Shown here: positions 43,076 to 53,912 of the stretch, piece after piece
Numbering within the stretch: position 1 is the first letter of the stretch
Layout of the letters: every line of letters starts with the position of its first letter
Source of the DNA: Azolla caroliniana
Taxonomy: Eukaryota; Plantae; Polypodiophyta
Direction: 5' to 3'
Length of the DNA: 64,000 bases
NCBI GenBank assembly: GCA_043228905.1
Contig: JBHGNT010000009.1
Location: 1,550,001 to 1,614,000, forward strand
Program-made: the position numbers and the translations under genes
The notes under the pieces: model-generated
What the model was told of the DNA's origin: nothing
Database searches by the model: none
Seen by the model: only the letters and a program-made list of their open reading frames with translations

Positions 43076-43116
43076 ATCCCATATACTAAGGACAAGAAAG
43101 GTTTGGGCTATAAATA
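43076..43116 (+). promoter_or_regulatory. snRNA promoter of U5 copy 1: variant USE (ATCCCATATAC) + TATA
   Basis: USE 43076-43086, TATAAATA 43109-43116, gap 22 nt. Confidence 0.8.
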
Positions 43117-43141
43117 CGAGTATTGATATTTATCTCTATTC

Positions 43142-43273
43142 ATTGGGATGGCGTGGGTTGAGCACAGAGCGAACTATTCTTTCGCCTTTTACTAAAGAAT
43201 ACCGTGTGCTCCTCCTACCTTAAACGCCCTAACACCCAATTTTTGGGAGGGGAGGCTCTCATTTGAGCTTCCC
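43142..43273 (+). ncRNA. U5: U5 spliceosomal snRNA, copy 1 (variant)
   Basis: Invariant loop I GCCTTTTAC in stem TATTCTTT/AAAGAATA, GAGCACA/TGTGCTC stem, Sm site AATTTTTGG and a 3' hairpin. Ends inferred from conservation between copies. Confidence 0.93.
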
Positions 43274-45863
43274 ACTATAAGTAAATTGAAATAAAAAGAT
43301 GAACAAGGTTGATGTAGTATATTGGTAGAAAAGAGAAATGTGCTAGTAGAAAGGGTGGTGTGCTTAGAGTACATCATAATCTCGATGATAATTGTCAATG
43401 AACTACATGACAACATTCCCTTGTAACAAGTAATTTAACATTTGCCCATCAATAATTTGATTGTTTAACAACATTAATTTGTTGAAAAAATATATTTGTA
43501 TTTTTGTGATTGTAAGATGCATATAACAATGTTCATTGAAACTATGAATATGACAATTAAACTTAGAATACATCCTAAATTCGATGGTAATTGTCAATGA
43601 TAGACACAACAACATTTCCGTGTAACAAGTAATTTAACATTCGGCCATCAATAATTCGATTGGCTAACAATATTAATTCAATGAAAAAATGTATTTGTAT
43701 CTTTCTTGGGAATACATGTTGATGTTATTTTGTTGCTATAACAAAGATGTTATGCTTGGATTCTTGGTGCAAGTTGGATGGCATGCAACATGAGTAAATA
43801 TTCATAAACACCAAGCATGTGACGTTCTCAAAGCAATGTCTTCATATAATAGAATGTCTTCTTCTGGAGCTCACACATACTAGATGTTCTCAAGGATCTT
43901 TAATTTCCTAGGAAATGACTCGATCAATCTTGACAATAGCTATTTTGAGAACTTCAAATGCTCTAGTCTAATTTTAAACAATGCATCTAAGCAAAACCAT
44001 GCTATCATCGTCATGTTTACCAAAATTACAAGATGCCCTACCTTTTGTAGTTGGGAATTGTTGGGATTGACTACCTAGTACCTACATATTGTCCTTGTAA
44101 CAACAAAGTTCAATATTGATGCTTAGAGCCGTATCATAATGTTGACTGAGTTGTAGATGCCAATTTTCATTTAGAGCTTCCACTATCAAATTGTCTCGCA
44201 TGTTGTTCCATATCTCTTTGTTGGAACCCTACATATATTTTGTTTCTTGACTAAGTACATTTGCCTTGAAAATTGAAATAAATTGGATTAAAAATTCATT
44301 CATAGTGGTCTTTTATTATAGAATGGATTGGGATGATCGTTCTCCTATGATGGTACTTTTTAACTTCTATAAAATGTTACCAATGTTTATGATAAAGTTG
44401 TGGGCTTGCATCATTGCTTTCTAAAGAAATTTAGCTTGAGTACTCCAACGTGTGCTTGACATCACGACACCATTGTTGTTGAGGGAAGGATCCCTTGGAA
44501 ATAAATGGTAGTTGGTCAAAGCATGGTTTAAACTTGTAGCTTACTTGTGACATATGTGTTGTTAAGTGAACAAATAATACTTCTAGAACACAGTAGGAAC
44601 TACATACATAATGATATGCCATATTTGTGCAATCTCACCTTTTGTAGTGACATTTGTCTTGACAATTGACGTAGACATCAAGATCCATATAGAAACACCT
44701 CATTTTTATCAAACCTATATACTTAACTACTAATCTTGAGGCTTTTAGATCGTTCACATATTTCTTGTCTATTTTCCTTTCTTCATGTAGCTTCACGAAA
44801 CAATGTGATTTGGAAAAGGAATCTATAATTGAATAATATTGAGTATCAATGGACATCAAGAGGATTAAATGTTATTTTGCAAGCAAAAGAGTTATTCTCA
44901 ATCGGTAAGGTATAACAAAAACTAGACAAATGTACTTCAACTTTGTGATGGCAATGCATTCATATTTCCTTATAATATGATATATATAACCACGAGGATA
45001 AGGTTTTTGTTATATTGTGAAATGCACATAAGTGATCAAAACCATCCTACTTAGCTTATTACTTCTTGCTCAATTTATAGTTGATACAAAGGTACCCTTT
45101 TGGGCGGGCTTAACTACATGCGCGCTAAAAAGGGTGTGCTAAAAGGGTGGCACAAAGGAACACATGACCACAATATGTTACATTGCTTACTCTATATTTT
45201 AGGCATCCTTCCAAATCATTGTTTCCTTTTTCTCTATTGATGTCTCAATGACATAAAGAAAGTATCAAAATTAAGAGCAAGTGTATAGTAAATCTGTACA
45301 TAGAGCACGATGAAACAAAATCAAAGGGATTCTAATGGTGCATCTATCACATTGTCAATGGATATATAAGATTGTTTAGTGCTAATTTTCTCCATTGGTC
45401 AATTATGATCTAACAAGGGCAAGTGTTGGACGTGTGGGATGTCATAATGATGACCAAAAACCACAATTGGGAGAGTCCACATATATATTGCATGCAAAGG
45501 ATTATAGACAACAAGCTATAAGTATGACCATTGAGGTGTTTTGTCGGTCATCAAGATGGCATGGATTGAGCATAAAAGTCAGAGTATTCTTTCACCTTTT
45601 ACTAGAGTTTTTTTTTTTTTTTTTCCCGGTCCGAGCACAAATGGCATAACCTAAATTATTTTGAATTGGGGAAGCTCTTCTTTCGTAAGATGCAACTTCA
45701 CATCTTACAAATACTAGTGACACAATACAATGCAATTTACTATTATGTACAAGCTCCCTATGGAAAGGGTGGTTGTCATATTATACATGCAAGTAAACTA
45801 TGGGGACATATAACGCTCTTATTTGGTACAGCCCTTTTTGATGCGTGTGGCTGAAGAAAGACC

Positions 45864-45903
45864 ATCCCACATACAAAGGCAATGTACCTCCAGCCCTATA
45901 AAA
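45864..45903 (+). promoter_or_regulatory. snRNA promoter of U5 copy 2: USE + TATA
   Basis: ATCCCACATAC 45864-45874, TATAAAA from 45897, gap 22 nt. Confidence 0.85.
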
Positions 45904-45929
45904 TGAAGACATTAGACTTGGTACAATTC

Positions 45930-46062
45930 ATCGGGATGGCGTGGGTTGAGCACAGAGCGAACTATTCTTTCGCCTTTTACTAAAGAATACCGTGTGTTCC
46001 TCCTACCTCAAACGCCCTAACCCTAATTTTTGGGAGGGGAGGCTCTACTACAGAGCTTCCCC
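45930..46062 (+). ncRNA. U5: U5 spliceosomal snRNA, copy 2
   Basis: Same loop I, stems, Sm site and 3' hairpin. One C>T change in the stem (TGTGTTC) keeps a G-U pair. Confidence 0.95.
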
Positions 46063-48998
46063 TTGTAAAATGCTAGAAATAAACCTGGGAATCTTTTGAT
46101 CTAAAAGCATCTCATTTTCTGTGACATCTATATTTAGCTCTCTGAGATGTTGATAGTCTACAGGGAATGCTTCCCAATTTTGATGGTAAGCGTGATTGTA
46201 ATGCACTTGAAGTAACAATGGTATTGAAAATGTTACAAGAGTATGCAGTGGATTGAAAAATGTTCTTACTTGGGTTTGTATAAATCATCTCATGTACAAG
46301 AATGTGAATTTTTGCTTGTATTGCATTCCACCACCCCAAAATCTTATATGTAGTTATTAGATATCGATCAAATTCATGAATTCATTCATTTGGAGAAATA
46401 AGAGATGATAAAAAGTTTATGTTGTGCATGCCATGAGAATCATATAACATGCTTTCGAAAGAGTATGTAATGGATTGAAAAATGTTCTTACTTGGGTTGT
46501 ATATCTGATATCATGTACAAGAATGTGAATTTTTGCTTGGATTGCATTCCACCACCCCAAAATCTTATATGTAATTTTTAGATACCGATTAAATTTACGA
46601 ATTCATTCTTTTGGAGAAATAAGAGATGATAAAAAGTTCATGTTGTGCATGCTACAAGATTCATATAACAAGCTTTCGAGGAATAGTCCATGAAAGATTA
46701 GAAGAATCATACAAAACATTGAGGACCAATGTAGAATGGGCTTTTCTCTACATGCCCAATGAATCAAATTTAATCATGGTAAAATATTGGAGTAGCTACT
46801 AATAGTGCTGAAGCCTGAAAGAAGGGGTGGGGAAGGAGGCAATGGCATCACCTAACTGTACAAGAGTTGTCCTAAGTTGCATAGCATAACAATATGAGAT
46901 CAGAGCAAGCTATTTTTTTTGTAACAACACATGAAGGATACAAAATATGCGAAGGGTGAAAGTTTATCTTACGTTGTTAGTTTAATGTGTTCATTTGTTG
47001 AGCTTTCTTTAACTTGTTGGACTTTGTCCTTTTGTATTATGAAGATGGTCACATAGAATAGATAAGGAAATCTAAAGCCCTTGCAACTACATCTTATTTA
47101 TCGATTTTTGTCATTCCTTGAAGGGCATAATCTCCCATGGTTTACCCAATCAAAGGGTGTATATCTGTCTCTATCCTAGAAGAAGAAGGGTGCTACTTTA
47201 ATCAACATTGTATCATGGGAAATGCATGCAACAATGTGCAAGTGCTACTACACGAAGTTTGCAAGAGATGTGCTTAGGAAAGGGCACGAAACCGAGCTGG
47301 AATATTTGTTATTGAAGAAGTATGGATACAAAAAAACAAGGGTAATAGAAAATACTCTTGGCTAAAAATAAGCTTAGGATAAGGTAACAACTCACTCGAC
47401 TACTGCGGCGCAAGTAATAAGAATGTGACTCAAGGAGATTCCAACATGCTCAAAGTAAGTTGGTACAAGTTAAGAAATTTTTTCATTATGCTAGTTTGGT
47501 ATGTATGATATATAGCAAAACTAATGCTCTTCTCCTTAAATGGAATGACATCATATTCATATCCCTTTGTGCTTTCATGTGTATAACCATGATGGTAAGA
47601 CTTGAGATTGCACTTGTTACATTGCCTACCCCTCCTCTTTCCCCACTTTTGTCATCCTCTTCTTTATCATTCTCCTCATGACATGAATATGATCAATTCC
47701 ATGACGGATGCATGAGCAATGAGAGATGATGATAAACAAAGATTGTCTAATTGTGAATGTTCAAATGATTACAACTTTAGAGGAGGCACGCATGTGTGTG
47801 TGAGAGAGTGCATGTTTAATGTGAGTGAAGATTCAATTTCTTAATTGTAATGAAATGGTGATAGTTGTGATTATGAAGTTCAATGTTCAATATCTTTAGA
47901 CTTTGATTACTATTTTAAGGCATTTTCAATACTTGGCCACATTTTAGAATGTGGATTGAAAAAACATGTAAATTTAGCTATAAGTATTTTAATACTCAAC
48001 TATATTTTAGAACTTGGATTGAGAAAAACATGTCATCTTTAGTTCTTGTAATTAGCTCAAATGGTTTGATACCTTGAAATGGTTGTTGAATGTCCCAAAG
48101 ATATTACTATGTTAAGCTTAAATATCTTTGAAGAGTCAATGAGATGTAATGAACATAATGAATACTATGAAAGGCTACCCTGCCATATGTCATGATGTTT
48201 CCAGGGGGATAGACTAGGAAAAACACATTAATTACATTGTGGATGTACCAATTGTTTTTTTACAATAGGAATGATATACACTTCCCTTGATTCAATATGG
48301 TATTCTACCTATTGTATGTAGCTAATGAGTCCTACCAAAATGGAATCCAATTCTCTTTATTATGGCTGATGATGGTTCAATTGAAAGGTAGGGTAAATAA
48401 CAAAACCAATGTTGCATATAGTGGTGATATGTCCTCCTTTCGATAGCTTGAATCTCTAGGTTAAGTTGAGATGTGAATGTTGAGTTCTCTCAACTAATGT
48501 TAGGATAGGAAACTATAGCTAGGCATTTGATATGTCGGAAAATGCCTTTCTTCTTAACCGGACATTGTGTAAAGTCATATTCCTTCGTAAGTTGATTTCA
48601 ATACCCAAACGCATTGCTGATACTGAACATGTACAATGGCACACATACTCTCAATCTTTATGATGGCATAAAGTATGCATCAAGCAACCAACACACACAC
48701 ACACACATACATGGGGAGCTAATCAAGAGTACAATATGGGTGGTAGAGTATGACATAAATATATACATATATCTATGATTGATCATGTACTCATATACAT
48801 ATATACGGGAAGCTGAACGAGAGTATATGATGTATGGTAGAGAATGACATATACATACATACATACATCCATATGGTTATGTGCATTTCACAATATATAT
48901 ACCATTCTTCATGTACTCATATACACATATGGGGAGTGGTAGAGTATGACAATGCAAATAGTATAATAAGTTGGAGACATTTTCATGTTTAGTTACGT

Positions 48999-49040
48999 AT
49001 CCCACATACAAAGGATCAGTAACCTCAAAAGCTATAAAAA
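48999..49040 (+). promoter_or_regulatory. snRNA promoter of U5 copy 3: USE + TATA
   Basis: ATCCCACATAC 48999-49009, TATAAAAA from 49033, gap 23 nt. Confidence 0.85.
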
Positions 49041-49065
49041 CTAGATATTGCACATGGCAGAGTGC

Positions 49066-49198
49066 ATCGGGATGGCGTGGGTTGAGCACAGAGCGAACTA
49101 TTCTTTCGCCTTTTACTAAAGAATACCGTGTGCTCCTCCTACCTCAAACGCCCTAACCCTAATTTTTGGGAGGGGAGGCTCTACTACTGAGCTTCCCC
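49066..49198 (+). ncRNA. U5: U5 spliceosomal snRNA, copy 3
   Basis: Loop I GCCTTTTAC, Sm site AATTTTTGG, 3' hairpin GGGGAGGCTC..GAGCTTCCCC. Confidence 0.95.
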
Positions 49199-50738
49199 AT
49201 TACAAATGCTCCTAGAAATAAAAGCAAAATTGGTTTTGGTATAACAACTCTGTACTTCAACAGAGCAGGTAAGCCATCTAAGTTTAAAGTAGATCTACCT
49301 TTAATTGTTAGTTTAATCACTGAAGTGCTATCCTTAAGGAAGGAAAGATTGTTGGTAATTTTTTTAACGAACATATAACTAATATATTCCTCGCCCAATA
49401 TATTAAATATGTTATAGAACAAGTGTAATGTTCTGGGCATGTCCAAAAATGGTGGATGTGGATTTGTTACACATAGATAATATGACTTGGCTGTAAAATG
49501 TATGTTGTAGATTCAAACTTGATTGAAAATAAGCAAAACGCAGGTAAGGAAGGAAAGATTGTTAGTGTGTTTAACGAACATAGATGAAAGGCTAAATAGT
49601 TATAACATATATCCATGCCATGCCCAATATATCAAATTTGGTATAGAAGAAATGTAATATTTTGGGCATTTCCAAAAATGGTGGATGTGATTAAGGAGTT
49701 CTCTGTACATAGGTATGACTTGGGTGTTAAATGTATGGTGTATAGATCCAAACTTGATTGAAAACAAGAAACGCTCAAAATTTGAGTTGAAAATGTGTTG
49801 CATGTAGATATTTTCTTAGAATGTCTTCGAATTAGAAATACACATGTACGTGACAATTATAAGTTATATGCAAGTGTAAATGAAGGTTGCACACCGTGAT
49901 AGGTTAAAGGTTTGGAAGAAACAAATCTCGAATAATGACTTAAATTTATTGCGACAGGCATTGCTTGTATTAAGAATTAAGAATATCAAGAAGTCTTGTT
50001 AAAACATTTCCATAAAAATGAGAGAGAATGCAAACTTAAATTATACTAACAACTTTGTGGATTTGTAGCTAGAAAATATCTCTTCTAGACGAAGTAACAA
50101 GAATTGCAAATATCTCAAATTGATGAGTATAGGGATATCTTGTCAAATGCATGTGGACAACTCTGTTCAACCAGAGGTTTGTCTGTCATGTGGACAACTC
50201 TGTTCAACCAGAGGTTTGTCTGTCCTCTCTTAAAGGAGGGTATCTTTAAAAGTAAAAGTGAGACTTATACACTCTAGACAATGCAATTAGTCAATTTCTC
50301 AGGGTCGTTATACCACATTGTTAGGTACAAATTACAATACAAACACAAAACTATCGTCTATGTGTTCTTTTTCCATTTGAATGAGCATAAGGTTAAGAGT
50401 TTCAGTTGCATGTTTAGTAACACATTGTAGTTTCTCTCTCCCTCCCTCACATCATCATCCCCCACACTCTATCATCATTCATGGTGCAAGAGGAAGAAGA
50501 GCCCCACCATTTCAATCGTGCATCTGCATAAAGAAAAAATAAGTTTGGCTAATGCAAATGTGTATCATATGATATACGCAAAGAGAAGGCAATTCTAAAG
50601 AACCCTAGGGACACAGAGGAAGTGACATGAGTCATGTAGGACATGGCATTCATTGGTGGTGTGAAGAGGAAATAGGCAACAAACTGTACTATTGCCCATA
50701 GACCATGGAAGAGACAGAGAGAGGTCATGTTTGTTCAT

Positions 50739-50778
50739 ATCCCACATACAAAACGAAACCTCCCGTGCTTTATATAAA
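50739..50778 (+). promoter_or_regulatory. snRNA promoter of U5 copy 4: USE + TATA
   Basis: ATCCCACATAC 50739-50749, TTTATATAAA 50769-50778. The gap is 21 nt to TATATAAA and 23 nt to TATAAA. Confidence 0.85.
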
Positions 50779-50804
50779 CCGATTTGGATACGATTCTAAA
50801 GTCC

Positions 50805-50937
50805 ATCGGGATGGCGTGGGTTGAGCACAGAGCGAACTATTCTTTCGCCTTTTACTAAAGAATACCGTGTGCTCCTCCTACCTCAAACGCCCTAACCCTA
50901 ATTTTTGGGAAGGGAGGCTCTAATGCTGAGCTTCCCC
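50805..50937 (+). ncRNA. U5: U5 spliceosomal snRNA, copy 4
   Basis: Identical to copy 3 through the Sm site, with small changes in the 3' hairpin region. Confidence 0.95.
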
Positions 50938-52415
50938 ATTACAACTTTTCCTAATTGGCAAAAAGTACCAAGGTTTGTGGTTTGTTGCTCGTGTTGTACT
51001 TATTGAAAGGGCTGGAATTCTTTTTGTTATGCTTTGCTTCCCTAGCCTCATTGATATTATTGAATTTCTGTATCGCTAAATTAGGCCTGCCAATACATAT
51101 TGCATTTACAGATCATGCAGATCCAATCCATGGAGGGGGATGACCGCATATTTCTTAGGTTTTTTGGTTGCTGCTTGATTTGAATTTTGTGCATTTAGTT
51201 TTCACAGATTTGTCATGATGACGAGAAGAAGTTGGAAGGAGGAAATGCTCAAGGACAGATATGTAACACATGCGTATCTTTGCTAAGAGGAAAATGAGAG
51301 TAGAAATATGTGAAATTGAAGGGTACAAAACTCAGAAGCTGAAGTGGATTTGGGTCATACTTATAGAAATCTTCAAGAAATTAGTTAGAACAAATTCTCA
51401 AGGAGAAATTAAAGAGTAACATTGAAGAAATTATTATGTCGCCATTTATATGAGAATCTTCGAGAATCTGACTAACATTGAAGAGAGTATTATGTAGCCA
51501 TTTACATAAGAATATACTAGAATCTCTGGCTGATACAAGAGAGGGAAGAACTAGTATGAATGAAAGTTGTGGGTTGGCTCTGCTGTGAAATTGGACGAAA
51601 CTATTGGATCAAGATTGAATGTGAAGGTTGTGGGCACGATGCTTGGCACATGAAATTGGACGAGAGTGTAGAAAGAAAATGCATTGTTAACGGCTTGAGA
51701 GCTTGATGTGTGAAATTATATACAAAGAGATATAGAAGAATGATTAGAGGTGACATAGATCATTTTAAACATAAAACATATCCATCAACATCTTCTTGAC
51801 ACTTTCGTTAGATGGTAGACCGTTGCATTTGTAGGGTTATGAATGTCACATTATTCATGCTTGAGTTGTTTAGTGTTTCTCACTTAAGACGTTCAAGTGC
51901 ATGTGGTCTACCCATCACTCACTGTAATGGATCATGAAATCCGTGGGCAAAAATTTGGGGTGCAAGAATGTGGCTCCACAAAAAAAGGCATGGCATAACA
52001 CAAGAGAAGACCTCATTAGTAACTATTCCATATTGAAATGTAATCAAACTCAATGTTGTTGAAGCATGCAAGGCACGGAGAATCGTTTTTTTGATAATGT
52101 CGAGTATGCACCATTAGTAGCGAGAGGATCGAATCTTACCTACAAGGAAGAAGAGTGGCTTCAAGGTTAACGTACAAGAAACCGTAGAAAATCTTGTTCA
52201 TGCTTAAATGAGATGAAAATAAAATCATATTTATTTGTAATTTTATAGGTATAATAACCACGAGGAGAAAATTCTTCTTTGGACGTGATATATTGTGACT
52301 CGTTCTGCACCATGTTTTAAAGTTTAAACCACTCTATCTGATGTCTCTGTCCACATCTTGTGATAAACAAAAAATGGGTGGATCGATACGAAATGTAGAT
52401 AGCTGCTACTTCCAT

Positions 52416-52455
52416 ATCCCACATACAAAGGACAACTGAGATTGTCCTATAAATA
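52416..52455 (+). promoter_or_regulatory. snRNA promoter of U5 copy 5: USE + TATA
   Basis: ATCCCACATAC 52416-52426, TATAAATA 52448-52455, gap 21 nt. Confidence 0.85.
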
Positions 52456-52480
52456 CGAATTTTCAAAGGTGTTATCTTTC

Positions 52481-52622
52481 ATCGGGATGGCGTGGGTTGA
52501 GCACATAGCGAACTATTCTTTCGCCTTTTACTAAAGAATACCGTGTGCTCCTCCTACTTCAAACGCCCTAACCCTAATTTTTTTGGAGGGAGCTGTCTAT
52601 TTTAACAGAATGGCCTTCCCTC
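52481..52622 (+). ncRNA. U5: U5 spliceosomal snRNA, copy 5 (divergent 3' domain)
   Basis: Loop I intact. The Sm site has T7. The 3' hairpin is different and longer: GAGGGGAGCTGTCTATTTTAACAGAATGGCCTTCCCTC. Confidence 0.93.
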
Positions 52623-53912
52623 ATACAAATGTTTGTAAAGTAATCAAAATGTGAAGTTCCAATGGTATCTCTGAATGCAAGGGTTGCATCAGGGAACCGT
52701 CAAGTGTGAGTTGATAGTGCTGCGGCAGAATCCTGGTTTGCGAAGCTTATGATAGTTTGCAATGTTTTTTGGCCCCTCTCATATTTCAGTGTGCAAAATC
52801 AGTCTCATTCAGCTTTTAGAAATGGATAGTTTGTTTACGTTTTTAGGGCAGATGTGATGACGTTATTCAGAATGCTTCATCTAGACGATTGTTGGGTTTA
52901 GGGTTTAGAGAAATTCAAACAGTACTTCTCTCGGACATTCTCATCATGATTATCATGAAGTAGCTACCACCCAAGGTTTTCAAGGCATATGTTTTTGCAA
53001 TGTCTAGTTTTAATTAATCCTTCTACCCTTTAAAGCAGTTCACCAGTGATTAATTGGACCTCCTATAAACAAGGAGTCGCTCTAGCAGTAATGTGAATGG
53101 CCTGCTTTTCCTCTAGTATTGAGCTAGACTGGACGAATTGGTAATGATGATGTCCTGTACCATCACTCAAAATAAGTTCTCCAGTTCAGTAGTAAACCTT
53201 GATTCTGAGATTGCTGATGCTTTGCTATGATGCTAATAAATCTATGTTGTGCATAAAAGTTCTAGGCATGAATTAAATATGCCTGGCTAGCATATCTAGA
53301 ACTATACTTTAGATATTGCTCTCCCTATTATTGGCCATTGTGGAAATACAATCACTTTTTGTGCATCAAAATTCCCAGCATACCATTATAAGTTGGAATC
53401 ACACATTTATATAGTATTTGTTATATATTGCTGCATGGCATTACACCTTGTTTATAAAATTCAGAATGAAGCAACATTAAATAAGCATGACGGAACATAA
53501 TTTAGGTGTAAATGTGGCAAAGAATGTTGTGAAATTTCTTACAAAACCGTTAATTCACATCATTTATATTTTCGAACATCGCCGCTGATAAACCCATGGT
53601 GAACCTAATTGAAAACATGCTGCAGGGCATTCTTTTAGGCGCATTTTCAGAATTATGACAAACCGACACACATCTTGAAAATTTGCCCTGTTTTTAATTT
53701 AGCATTATCATTAGGTCCTTCGCTGTTGTGTACAGCAATAGGAGATCGCTTCGAACAGAGGACTGAATTAGGCAGCCAAATGAAAGATCTGTTATTGTTC
53801 TTTATCTATCCAAAGGAATAGGAAAATCTTAGCATACACCCTGAATGTCCATCGAATTAGAGTAGCAAGAAGGAGAGAGAACAGAAAAAGGACTGGCGTT
53901 TCACATGGGATG

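Noticed and set aside
46015-46026. CCCTAACCCTAA in U5 copies 2-5 behind a USE/TATA promoter, resembling a telomerase RNA template
   Set aside because: The RNA is clearly U5 (loop I, Sm site). The motif pairs in the basal stem, is disrupted in copy 1, and matches TTAGGG rather than the usual plant TTTAGGG.
48100-48650. Possible Gypsy protease remnant (IMADDGSIER)
   Set aside because: Short similarity amid stops; cannot be confirmed by eye.
43142-52622. Five near-identical ~130-bp repeats read as a CRISPR array or SINE family
   Set aside because: Spacing is kilobase-scale and irregular, with no cas genes, tails or TSDs. Each copy has an external snRNA promoter.
52884-52898. GGGTTTAGGGTTTAG interstitial telomere-like motif
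   Set aside because: Only about two units; common in plant genomes.
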